IMG/VR virus record: IMGVR_UViG_3300021958_000044
Coordinates: 1-64,000 of that record
Strand: one strand, 5' to 3'
Origin: a virus
Taxonomy: Duplodnaviria; Caudoviricetes
Length of the DNA stretch: 64,000 nt
The notes under the pieces are model-generated. The model worked only from the letters and a program-made list of their open reading frames with translations, was not told the DNA's origin and made no database searches. Each line of letters starts with the position of its first letter. The stretch's first letter is position 1. Positions 1-10,500 of this stretch are shown here, piece after piece. Made by a program: the position numbers and the translations under genes.

Positions 1-1489
1 AAGTAAATGACTTGCCTGATAACCCTTCTGGAGCTCCAATAGCTGTATCAAATATTTTTATAGTTCTAGTTGCGCTGTCTGGTATTGATGACGGGTCAGC
101 GGTGCTATGGGTATTAACGGACACTGCGATAGTATTTGTTCCTGTTCCAGTTCCTGTAGCATAAATGTGGTCTGCTCTAGCTCCTTCTGGACCACCTTCA
201 ACTGATGTGTTTGCAATCGATTCAGAACTGCCATCGCCCCAATCGATATTAAAAGTAGCAACAACACCATTCGAGTTAGTTGTATCGTTTTCAACATAAA
301 TTGTTTCGCCTACGTTTGCTTCAGTTATTACACTGCCACCTGATACTGCATTATAGATTTGGAATGCTGCACTTGGATCACCAGTAAATAAAGTGATTAA
401 ATCTGTTGCTGTAAAACTTGCTGAATTTCCTTCACCTAGTGCATTTGTGTTTCTAGCATAAACAACTACATCAAATGGTGAATTGGTGTTGTCTGTATAC
501 GTATGTGAAGGAGTAGAATCTGTAGTATTGTTTGTCCATGTACCATCGCCCCAGTTTATATCATATCTGTCAGCATTACCAACCACATTGATTGTTAAAG
601 TACTGGTTAAAGGAGCTCCTCCTGTATTGCCAACTGAACAAGTTGCTACTACATCTCGAACGTAAGTATTGTTGTAAACATTAAGAATCACTTCATTGAG
701 TACATCAATAGCATCTGAAATTTTTGTGCTTGATTCTAATGATGTCACGGCACCTTCTACATTACCGGAACCAGAACCATTTGCATATGCGCCGTCAGCA
801 GGAGGACCAATTATAATACTATTACCTCCTAACTGTGCTTCAATATTGTCTACGTATTGTTTTGTAGCTACTTGTAATGGTGCAGTTGGATCTGCTCCTA
901 CCGTTACTTGATTTGCGTAAGCCATTCTCCAGTAGCCAATAGAGGATCCTAAATCGTATGTTACATTAGCATCTGGTATGATATGAGAATTTACTGTAGC
1001 GCCAAAGCTAATAATATCTCCACCATCACCAAGTGTAATGCTATCGCCTCGTAATATAATATCACCATCAACAGTTAAAGTGTTTGAAACGACAATGTCA
1101 TTAGCGGTAAGTGATACTATATTTGCTGTTGAAGTGACATCGAGGTTTGATGTTGTTAATGTTGTGTTGGCCGTAATAGTATCAGCTGTAAAATTAAAAG
1201 CAGATATATTAGCTGTAGTAGTTAGATCGGTAGTTACAACATTTGTAAATGTTATATTATCTAGGCCACCGGTAGAGTTTGCAATTAATGCCTTGTCGCC
1301 TGTAACTGCTCCAGGCGTGACGTTTAGTAAAGCGACGTCAGACCCACCACCAATTTTTATGATAGTGTTAGAATCAGTTCCAATGAATAAATTATTACTT
1401 ACAAGCGAGTAAGCTAATTCCCCATATGCCAGATTAGCTGGTTGTGAAGTAGTGTTACTTCGTTTAATCTGTACGACAGTATTTGCCAT
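1..1489 (-). CDS. Tail fibre-like virion protein, 3'-truncated by the window edge; Mtd_N-like N-terminus and PKD-like domains
   Basis: Not in the ORF track; translated manually from ATG at 1489 (TAATG overlap with upstream stop): MANTVVQIKRSNTTSQPANLAYGELAYS... (Mtd_N-like), later VATKQYVD and two INWGDG/IDWGDG PKD-like motifs. No stop found before position 1. Confidence 0.8.
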   Translation of the reverse strand, partial: MANTVVQIKRSNTTSQPANLAYGELAYSLVSNNLFIGTDSNTIIKIGGGSDVALLNVTPGAVTGDKALIANSTGGLDNITFTNVVTTDLTTTANISAFNFTADTITANTTLTTSNLDVTSTANIVSLTANDIVVSNTLTVDGDIILRGDSITLGDGGDIISFGATVNSHIIPDANVTYDLGSSIGYWRMAYANQVTVGADPTAPLQVATKQYVDNIEAQLGGNSIIIGPPADGAYANGSGSGNVEGAVTSLESSTKISDAIDVLNEVILNVYNNTYVRDVVATCSVGNTGGAPLTSTLTINVVGNADRYDINWGDGTWTNNTTDSTPSHTYTDNTNSPFDVVVYARNTNALGEGNSASFTATDLITLFTGDPSAAFQIYNAVSGGSVITEANVGETIYVENDTTNSNGVVATFNIDWGDGSSESIANTSVEGGPEGARADHIYATGTGTGTNTIAVSVNTHSTADPSSIPDSATRTIKIFDTAIGAPEGLSGKSFT

Positions 1490-1740
1490 TAAAACTCCCC
1501 GCCATCAATCGGTAATGCTTTTAGCACATACTCATCTAGTGCGGCATCATATACTAATGTGCCTCCATCTACTTCCGTTAGATCATTTACGTCATCTAGA
1601 TCTCTAATATTCTTTTTTGCGGTAGCTGATGTTTGTAGAGTTACATTATTAGAACCCAATGTAGATCCGACTACACCGCCACTAGATCCAAGATTTACTT
1701 TAATACTGGTGCTGTTAGTGTTAAATAACGTGTTTGCCAT
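1489..1740 (-). CDS. Small hypothetical virion-module protein (83 aa)
   Basis: Translationally coupled to both neighbours; C-terminal LDDVN...DGGTLVYD...IDGGEF motif typical of fibre-associated small proteins. Confidence 0.7.
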   Translation of the reverse strand: MANTLFNTNSTSIKVNLGSSGGVVGSTLGSNNVTLQTSATAKKNIRDLDDVNDLTEVDGGTLVYDAALDEYVLKALPIDGGEF

Positions 1741-2069
1741 TATCTTGTTACCTCCGGTGTTACGGTAACAGTTCCTTCTAGTATTCGTGTTATCACTCCA
1801 CTAGAGGATGTTATCTCCACGTCATATTTATATCTGCCTGGAGACATACTAGCAGTTGTAGCGTTATTTAATGAAAGAGTTAGTGTTCCATTATTATTTG
1901 CTAATGCAGTTGTAAATGCTACGGAGTTAGAGGATGAGTAAGTTTTTCTGATTTGCGAGGCGGCAGCCATGCCTGTAAGGTCAAGCTGTGCTCCCTCGTC
2001 GTTTGTTAAGTTAACTGTTGTTTCAAAATCAGTGCCCTGATCTAGGACTATATTGACCTTAGTTGCCAT
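1740..2069 (-). CDS. Ig-like/BppU-N-like baseplate or fibre attachment protein (109 aa)
   Basis: IVLDQGTDF...LDLTG...GRYKYDVEI...RILEGTVTVTPEVT pattern typical of T4-like marine phage virion proteins; SD AGGAG and upstream TATAAATA. Confidence 0.7.
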   Translation of the reverse strand: MATKVNIVLDQGTDFETTVNLTNDEGAQLDLTGMAAASQIRKTYSSSNSVAFTTALANNNGTLTLSLNNATTASMSPGRYKYDVEITSSSGVITRILEGTVTVTPEVTR

Positions 2070-2092
2070 CCAAATCTCCTATAATACGTATG

Positions 2093-2100
2093 TATTTATA
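2093..2100 (-). promoter_or_regulatory. T4-type late promoter TATAAATA
   Basis: Exact consensus, intergenic, 23 nt upstream of the ATG at 2069. Confidence 0.8.
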
Positions 2101-2121
2101 TGAGACGGAAGCTATGTACTA

Positions 2122-2487
2122 TTAAACAGTCAGTGGATCCACTGGTTTATGATCGTCTTTTAGAGAAACAATTTTTCTATGTGACTCCCAACGATTATTT
2201 CGACAAATAATATCTATCTCATCTTGCTTTATATCATTTATGCAAGACAGTGCTTTGAGTGATTTGGCGTAAGTAATGAACCATAAAGTATTTTGATCTA
2301 GCAATCTTGTTTCTGTTATACCGTGAAAACCTTTTGCTTGTTGTTTTCTATTTCTAAAGTGGTCATTGATTAATGGATCCATTATTAGTAATTCACAGTA
2401 AGCATCATCTGGATCTTGAAAGGCATTCCAGTATGTTTTATACTCTTCTATAAGCGCATGCTTAAAATCGTATCTTAAATCTTTCAT
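2122..2487 (-). CDS. Hypothetical protein (121 aa)
   Basis: ORF with ATGA overlap with the upstream stop; no recognised motif. Confidence 0.65.
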   Translation of the reverse strand: MKDLRYDFKHALIEEYKTYWNAFQDPDDAYCELLIMDPLINDHFRNRKQQAKGFHGITETRLLDQNTLWFITYAKSLKALSCINDIKQDEIDIICRNNRWESHRKIVSLKDDHKPVDPLTV

Positions 2488-3236
2488 TCTGCAGATGTAA
2501 TCTCTTCAACAATATCGTCCCAAATATTTACGTCGTATACAACAAATCCTAATGTAATTCTAGGTCCTCCATAAGCAGAGTGCCACATAATTCTATTGTG
2601 TTCTTGCTTCTCACCATAGTAACCTAATTTGCAATGCCATCCATCTTTGTCTTGTAGATGAACTAATTTAGTGTCTGGATCTGGCATTATGGATCCTGGC
2701 TTCTCATCAGTAGAATCTAAATGTCTCCAATATCCTTTACCATCGCTCCAAGTGAATAGACAATTATATCCAGGGACATTCCAATTAGTATGCCATGCAA
2801 TATAACCATCTTCAGGATAGAACATCTTTAACGCACAGAACTTATATCCAATGTAAGCACCCAATGTGTCATCAAGTTCTTCAGATTTTTCTATGTACAT
2901 TCGGATGGCGTCTTTTTCTGCTTGTGTGAATCTATCACCGTCTTCAGCCAACACTCTTTGCAAAGTAGGAGCATTCATATCATAGCCATAGCTGTCAGGA
3001 GGATATCCGTCATGAGTGTCAGCAGGCATACTTTTCAAACATTCTATAGATGTAGAGTATTCTGGACGACCTTCTTTCATAAACTTACCTTTTGTTTTCC
3101 AATTAGGTAAAAGTTTATCGGGCCTGTTATTAATTATGAATTGTTGATACTCATCTAAAAGTTTCAAAAGATCCGTAGTTAGTGTCAAAACTTGTCTCAT
3201 GGATAATAAATCCCTCCTTAGTATATTCTGGATCAA
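2484..3236 (-). CDS. Putative Fe(II)/2OG oxygenase-like (cupin/DSBH) protein
   Basis: GYIAWHTNWN ... MWHSAYGGPRITLGFVV: two His and a distal Arg spaced as in 2OG oxygenases, but HxN instead of HxD/E. Start may be ATG at 3200. Confidence 0.5.
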   Translation of the reverse strand: MIQNILRRDLLSMRQVLTLTTDLLKLLDEYQQFIINNRPDKLLPNWKTKGKFMKEGRPEYSTSIECLKSMPADTHDGYPPDSYGYDMNAPTLQRVLAEDGDRFTQAEKDAIRMYIEKSEELDDTLGAYIGYKFCALKMFYPEDGYIAWHTNWNVPGYNCLFTWSDGKGYWRHLDSTDEKPGSIMPDPDTKLVHLQDKDGWHCKLGYYGEKQEHNRIMWHSAYGGPRITLGFVVYDVNIWDDIVEEITSAE

Positions 3237-3984
3237 TTGTGTAATGTAAAACTGATTTTTCGGATCCAGGTCTCAATTCAGTTTCTTTATAACCAGTAAC
3301 AAAGTTATACTTAGCATCGTTTGGCATTCTTTTAATGTCTACATTCAATTCTGGATTCTCATATAGAGCCCTCCAAAAAGCAAATGTGTCCCAATAAGCT
3401 AGCCCACTTGGAAAAGGTGATGTAGTTTGCTCCGTATGCCTTCTATACCACTTCAGCCATTCTTGCCATAACTTTTGAGTACGTTCATTTTTATTCCAAG
3501 CAAACATACCACAGTGCCATTGAAACTTATGAGCTTTACCTTGTCTATAAAGATCCATGTGCTCTGATCTGTAGTGTTCTAGTTCGGCACCTTTAATTCC
3601 TGGGCCAACTTGGTCGTCGTGAGTAAAATAAACTACCTTAGCATTATAAGGCCTATTCTCTGACATTACAACATCATGGTCGCCTAAATGATCCCAAACT
3701 TCTTCTATCTCATTGTTTAAGACAAATACGTCACAATCTAGGTAGATTGTTTTATCAAACGGCGATTGATCTAATGCCCATAGTTTAGTTCTTACGTGAA
3801 CAGGAACAGGGGTCACGATATGATCAAACAAGGGTCTATCTTGATCTCGTATCCATTCCTCATGAGTGTACACAGCAACTTTAGCATCCGGAACTTCATC
3901 TTTCAAGGATTCAACTGCCATCACCATGGCTTCGTAAAATGCTTTTGACATAGTGGACACTAATAAGTATCCTTTATTCTCCAT
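3151..3984 (-). CDS. GT-A fold glycosyltransferase (GT8-like)
   Basis: KLWALDQSPFDKTIYLDCDVFV (DxD motif), later WDTFAFWRAL and KYNF...VLHYT, as in GT8-like enzymes. Confidence 0.75.
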   Translation of the reverse strand: MENKGYLLVSTMSKAFYEAMVMAVESLKDEVPDAKVAVYTHEEWIRDQDRPLFDHIVTPVPVHVRTKLWALDQSPFDKTIYLDCDVFVLNNEIEEVWDHLGDHDVVMSENRPYNAKVVYFTHDDQVGPGIKGAELEHYRSEHMDLYRQGKAHKFQWHCGMFAWNKNERTQKLWQEWLKWYRRHTEQTTSPFPSGLAYWDTFAFWRALYENPELNVDIKRMPNDAKYNFVTGYKETELRPGSEKSVLHYTIDPEYTKEGFIIHETSFDTNYGSFETFR

Positions 3985-4513
3985 CTTTTTCAGACTCTTT
4001 AATGATGATCGCTACGCCGTATGCTAGAGCTTCTTCAGGATTAGTAGCTTGTCGTAATTTTCTTTTAAGATTTTTATGCTGAGTATTTTTAACTACATCT
4101 AAATCTAAGAAAGTGCTTTTGCGTGCCCATAACTCTGCTCTACGTCTCTCTCTGTTTTCATCCTTTGTTTTAAGATCAGCATCCTTAGCTTTTGCTTGTT
4201 GGATTGCAATCTCACGCTCCGTGTTATGATCAATCTCTTGATCTGTAAACTGTCTTTTAATATCCCTGTAAAGTGGATGTTTTTCATCCCTAGGAATATT
4301 TTGTTCTATCATTGCCATTCCATCTGGTCTAATCAGAACACAAGAAAGTTGATCTCTAGCATTATTAGTATAATGTGGATAGCAGATATTTGGTAAACTA
4401 GCGTCGACAGAAAATTCAGGAATAGTTAATCCTGATCTCTGCGGTCTCTCTGGTTTAGGTTGTTTTATATTGGCGCCCTCAGGCACCTTTGCTTCTTTTG
4501 CTTCTTCAGCCAT
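3974..4513 (-). CDS. Hypothetical charged protein (179 aa), possibly fibre-associated
   Basis: ORF with SD GAGGA and an upstream late promoter; helical charged C-terminal half; function inferred only from position. Confidence 0.65.
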   Translation of the reverse strand: MAEEAKEAKVPEGANIKQPKPERPQRSGLTIPEFSVDASLPNICYPHYTNNARDQLSCVLIRPDGMAMIEQNIPRDEKHPLYRDIKRQFTDQEIDHNTEREIAIQQAKAKDADLKTKDENRERRRAELWARKSTFLDLDVVKNTQHKNLKRKLRQATNPEEALAYGVAIIIKESEKDGE

Positions 4514-4551
4514 AATATATCCTCACGAGTTAATGATATTCTATATGAATC

Positions 4552-4559
4552 TATTTATA
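4552..4559 (-). promoter_or_regulatory. T4-type late promoter TATAAATA
   Basis: Exact consensus between the 2093-aa gene stop (4569) and the ATG at 4513. Confidence 0.8.
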
Positions 4560-4568
4560 AAGTCAACA

Positions 4569-7500
4569 TTAAGCTACTCTTAACCACAATTTAACTGTAG
4601 AAATTGTTTCAGTTCCAGAGTCAACTGTTAATCCTGACCAGGCATTATCATAGTTTCCAAGGTACGTGGCAACATAATTTCCAATAAAAGTTCCTTCGTA
4701 TTGTTTTGTATATGTCTTAGTATACTGGCCAATATATGTTTTTGTATATTGGGTTGTGTAGTAACCAGTAAATACGCCTTCATATACTTTATCAAAATAC
4801 CCAGTAAACAATTGCGAGTACTGACCTTGATACAGTTTAGTGTATAGACCTACCCATACTTTTTCAAACTGACTGCTGTAGTATCCAGTAAACGATCCTT
4901 CATACTCTTTTGTATAAACTTTTAAGTAAGTACCGCTATACTGTCTTTGGAACACTCCTTCAAATGTTCCTTCATACAATCCAAGATAAGTTTTAGTGTA
5001 TTGACCAGAATAGTCACCGGCCCACACTTTAACAAAGTCGCCAACGTAAGCTCCTTCATATTGTTTTGTAAATGCTCCTTCAAATTGTTTGTTAAAAGCA
5101 CCTTCATATGTTTTACTAAACTGTTGACTGTATTGACCAATATATGTTTTTATGTAGTTGCCTGTAAATGCACCTTCGTATTGTTTTGTGTAGTTTCCAA
5201 GATACGTTGTGTTGTATGCGCCTTCGTATTGCTTGGTATACGTTCCTTCGTACACGCCTGTATACACGCCTTCGTATATTTGAGGTCCCTCATAAATTCC
5301 TATATAGTATCCTGTATAGATACCCGCATATGCTTTTTCATATGACTTATTATAGAACCCATTATAGTAGCCAGTGTAATCACCGTTATATGTTCTTGAT
5401 CCGGCCCATAGTTTAGCATATGCTTTAATATATGCTACTGAAACATATGTCTTATTAAAAGCGCCTTCAAAGTTGCCTGTATATTGACCAGCATATGTTC
5501 TGGATCCAGCATACTGACCTGCATATGCTTTTACGTATCCAGGTGCGTATGTTTTAGCATAATTTGTTCCATATTGGTCCGCATACGTTCTTGTACCAGC
5601 ATATTGCTTAGTGTAATTCTTATTAAATGTACCTTCATACTGTTTATTATATTGACCAGTGTATGTTCTTGATCCAGCATATTGCGCAGCAAATGTTCCA
5701 GAATAGAATAAGTTAAATATTCCTACGTATGCTCTTTCATAATTTTTATTATACGACTTAATGTAATCTCTTGTATAATTTCCTACATAGTTTTTGTTGT
5801 ATGCGCCTTCATACAATGCACTGTAGATATTAATATAATTTTTAGACCATAACCCTGTGTACTGCTTGAGATATTGTTTTGTATACACGCCCTCGTACGT
5901 TGCAGAGTAATTTTTGTTGAAAGATCCTTCATACAGAGCAAGATATTGTTTGTTGTATTGTCCAACATACGTTTTAATGAACAGTCCAGTGTAAGTTGCA
6001 ACATATTGCTTTGCAAATACTCCCTCATATCCTTTGTTATAGTTAGTATTGTATGTTCCAGCATACTCACCAGCATAGTTTGTTCCATATGTACCTGCAT
6101 AGTCAGCACCATATGATTTTGAGAAAGTGCCAGAGAATATGCCTTCATATTGTTGATTGTATATGCCTACAAACGTAGTGTTGTATACGCCTTCATATAA
6201 TTTAGTATAATTGGTACCATACGTTCCTGCATACTCGTTTGCATAATTCTTATTATAGGTACCTGCATAATCTGCACCATAGTTTGATGTATACGTACCA
6301 GTAAACGCGCCTTCATATTGTTTATTGTATTGTCCTGCATACAATTTTGCATATTGCTTAGCATATGTTCTGATCCAATTTTTTACATAGTTTCTTGTGT
6401 AAGTGCCACCAAATTGTCTTGAATAGTTACCAGTATATTGTTTAGTATAATTGGTACCATATTGCTTAGTATAGTTGCCAGAATAATCGCGAGTGTAATT
6501 ACCTGTATATTGTTTAGTATAATTGGTACTATATTGCTTAGTATAGTTACCAGAATAATCGCGAGTATAATTTCCAGTGTATTGTTTAGCATAGTTTGCA
6601 GTATAGTCTTTTGTGTAGTTAGTGTTGTATGTTCCACTGAACTGTCTGGCATAGTTGCCTGTATACTGTTGGGCATAGTTTGCTGTGTATGCTTTGGCGT
6701 AGTTTGTACCATAAGTTCCAGCAAACGTGCCAGTGTATTGGCCAGTATATTGCTTTAAGTAATTGGTACCGTATTGTCTTCCGTAGTTTGTACCATAAGT
6801 TCCAGCAAACGTGCCAGTGTATTGGCCAGTATATTGCTTTAAGTAATTGGTACCGTATTGCCTGTCATAATTTGATGCGTAAGTTCCAGCAAATTGTCTT
6901 GCGTAGCTTCCTGCATACTGCTTTAAATAGTTAGTACCATATTGTCTGTCATAGTTACTAGTGTACGTTCCAGTAAACGTATTATCATAATACCCAGTGG
7001 ACGTAACTGAGAAATGTCTGTTCCAATTAACATTATAGTTTGTTACGTATGTTCCACTAAATGCTCTATCATAGTTTCCTGTATACTGCTTTAAATAGTT
7101 AGTACCATATTGTCTGTTATATCTTTTTGTATAGTTACCAGTATACGCTCTAGTATAGTTTCCTGTATATTGTCTAGTATAGTTTATACTATATTGTCTA
7201 TCATAGTTGCTTGTATACTGTCCAGTAAACCCTTTAGTATAGTTAATAAGTCTTGCGTAACTTACTGTCCCTGGACCGTTATATTCCATTTCACCATTTA
7301 GTATGTTACTACCGGCAATCCAACCCTTTGGAAAAATATCGTTATTATAGTTTACTGCTCCCCCAGCATAGTATTGGGTGCTTAAATAGAATGGACCTGC
7401 TTTTGCAGCTGCAAAAGCAACATCACGAGCATAGTTAATGCTACCCGTATAGTTTGTTCCAGGACCGAGGAAGAATTGCTCTCTCTGATAATTTGTATTA

Positions 7501-10500
7501 TATGTTCCAGAGTATTGTCTAGCATATCTAGCAGTCCATTGCTTTAAGAAGTTAGTCGCATATTGGCCGGAGAAGGTAGTATTATAAGTTCCTGCATACT
7601 GTCTATCATATGCCTTTGTCCATTGAACTAGATAGTTAGTTCCATATGTTCCAGCAAACTGTCTTGCATAGTTTCCTGTATATGCTTTTTGCCATGCTTT
7701 TGTCCAAGTCTTAGCCCATTGTTTTACATAGTTACCAGCAAATGCTCTTACATAGTTTCCTGTATATGCTTTTTGATATCTTCTAGTCCATTGAACGAGA
7801 TAGTTAGTTCCATACTGCCCACTAAATGCTCTATCATAGTTTCCTGTATATTGTCTAGTATATCTTCTAGTCCATTGAACGAGATAGTTGGTTCCATACG
7901 TTCCAGCAAATAACCTATCATAATTTCCAGTGTATTGTTTAAGATATTGTTTTGTCCATTGAACAAGATAGTTGGTTCCATACGTTCCAGCAAACAATGT
8001 ATTATAAGCACCAGTGTATTGTTTAAGATATTGTCTTGTCCAAGCTACTTGCCAGTTAGTCGTATATTGGCCAGTAAACGTTCTATCGTAAGCGCCTGTA
8101 TAACTTTTTAAATATTGTTTTTGCCAAGCTACTTGATAGTTAGTTGTATACTGTCCAGAGAAAGTAGTTTGATAAACACCGCCATATAGTCTGGAATATT
8201 GCTGTAGATAATTTGTAGCATACTGTCCAGAGAAAGTAGTTTGATAAACACCGCCATATAGTCTGGAATATTGCTGTAGATAATTTGTAGCATATTGGCC
8301 TGTAAATGCTCTCTCGTATAAACCAGCATATGCTTTTTGGAAAGATGCTGTATAATCTTTGTTATAATTAGCAGTGTATAATCTTTCGTAATTACCGCCG
8401 TATGTTTTTGTCCACTGGCTTACGTATTGTCCCACATATGCTTTTTGCCAAATTTTGGCATAGTTGCCTGTGTATGCTTTTGTGTATAATCTTTGATAGG
8501 ATCCAGTGTACTGTTTAAGATATTGTCTGTTCCATTGGCCAGTGTATGATTTTACCCAGTTACCAGTATACGCTTTAGTCCACAGACTTGTGTACAGACC
8601 AGTATATTGATTGATCCAAATTTTTGCATATAAGCCAGTATACTGCTTTAACCAGTTTCTACTGTAGATGCCCGCATAAGCCTTTTGATACAGTTTTGTG
8701 TAGATGCCTGCATATTCTTTTGTATAGTTCTTATTCCAGCTGCTAATATAGTTAGCAGTGTATGCTCCCTCATATGTTTTGGTCCACAATCTATCAAATT
8801 GGCCAACATACGTTTTTGTATATGCTTTTACATAAGCACCAGTATAAGCCTTTTGGTATTGTTTGGTGTAATTAGTTTCGTAGTTTTTTATGTAATCTTT
8901 AGCATAAGTCTTGACATACGCGCCTACGTATGTCTTGGTGTAATTCCCGGTGTATAACCTATTGTAATCGGTTGTATACGTTTTTACGTAAGCACTTGTG
9001 TATGCGCCCTCAAAAGACCCAGCAAGGAAGAATCCCGTGTAGAATTCCGTTGTACTAGCATATGTGCCCTCGAACGTACGAGTGCCTTCATATTGAGCTG
9101 TATACTGGCCAGTATATGATTTTAAATAGTTTGTGCTATATTGTCCATTGTAAGTTCTAGATCCTGCATACAGCTTTGCATATTGGTTGACATAGTTTAC
9201 ACCTAGATAAGTTTTATTAAAGTATCCTGTGTATTGTCCTTCATAGGTTCTGGTACCTGAGAACTGTCTTGAAAATATGCCAATGTAAGTTTTGGTCCAA
9301 TTACCGACATATGCTTTTTGATATTGATCTGCATACTGGCCAGCATATGTTCTGGATCCTGCATATACTCCTTCATAAGCGCCTTCGTATGTTTTTACAT
9401 ATTGCTTAGTAAACGTTCCTTCATAGTTGCCAGCATACACGCCTTCAAACTGTCTTACGCCTGTATAGTATCCTGTGAACGTACCCTCATACTGTCCGGT
9501 GTATGCTTTCTCATATTGGCCAACATATGTCTTAGTGTAGTTTCCAATATAAAGTTTTTCATACTGGCCGACGTATACGCCTGTGTATGTTTTGTTAAAT
9601 GCGCCTTCGAATGTTCCAGTATATTGTTTTACATATTGGCCTATAAAAGTTCCAGTGTATTGGCCCAAGAAAGTTTTGGTATACAGTCCTAAGAAAATTC
9701 TAGAGTAAGTATCAGAAAAATATCCAGTAAACGTTCCTTCGTATTGTTTGTTGAACGCTCCTTCAAATTGTCTACTATATTGACCAACATAGGATTTTAA
9801 ATATGTTCCTACATACTGGCCTTGATATTGTTTTGTATAAACGCCAACATAGACGCCTTCAAATGCTCCTGTGTATTGTGCAACGAAGGATCCCTCATAT
9901 TGCTTGGTATAGTTTCCTGTAAACGTTCCTTCGTATTGGCCTACATATGTTTTTGTATATTGGCCAGTGTAAGCACCTACATAAGTTTTTTCGTATTGTT
10001 TTGTAAATGCACCTTCATACTGCTTATTATATGCTTTTTCGTAAATACCAATGTAAGCGCCAGAATATGTTTTGTCAAATGCACCTACATACGTAGCAGC
10101 ATACTGCTGACTTGAAATAGTGTTTCTTGTATCTGTAACATCATCACTAACTAACACCCAAGTCTCACCCGGTGCAGCTGGATTAGTAGAAGCTAATCTA
10201 TATGTTCCAATTCCCGTATCTACTATTTGATTTCTTAATCGAGCTGCAAGAGTTTTAATCTCTGCATCTGACATTTCTTGAATTGAGCTGCTGTTTAGTC
10301 TTACAGGTCTAGTTACAGAAGGACTAGAAACGCCTTGGTCTTTTCTCCATAGCTTGTATACTGTGGTACCTTGTTTGTTTGTATCTGTTACGCTGTATCC
10401 TGAATCACTATAAAGACTTGCATTTGGATTTACTTCAGATAACCAATATGATCCCAAACCATTAGAAACTAGGTTAGAAAGAGCTCTTGAAATAATGGTA

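Noticed and set aside
58-297. 79-aa minus-strand ORF from the track
   Set aside because: Out of frame within the longer fibre ORF that starts at 1489.
6435-8292. 72- and 84-bp direct repeats as a possible CRISPR array
   Set aside because: Units are contiguous, in-frame and coding, with no unique spacers and no cas genes.
4922-10115. Many 60-130-aa alternative-frame and antisense ORFs over the 2093-aa gene
   Set aside because: By-products of the low-complexity repeat; no RBS or motifs; fully nested in a long ORF.
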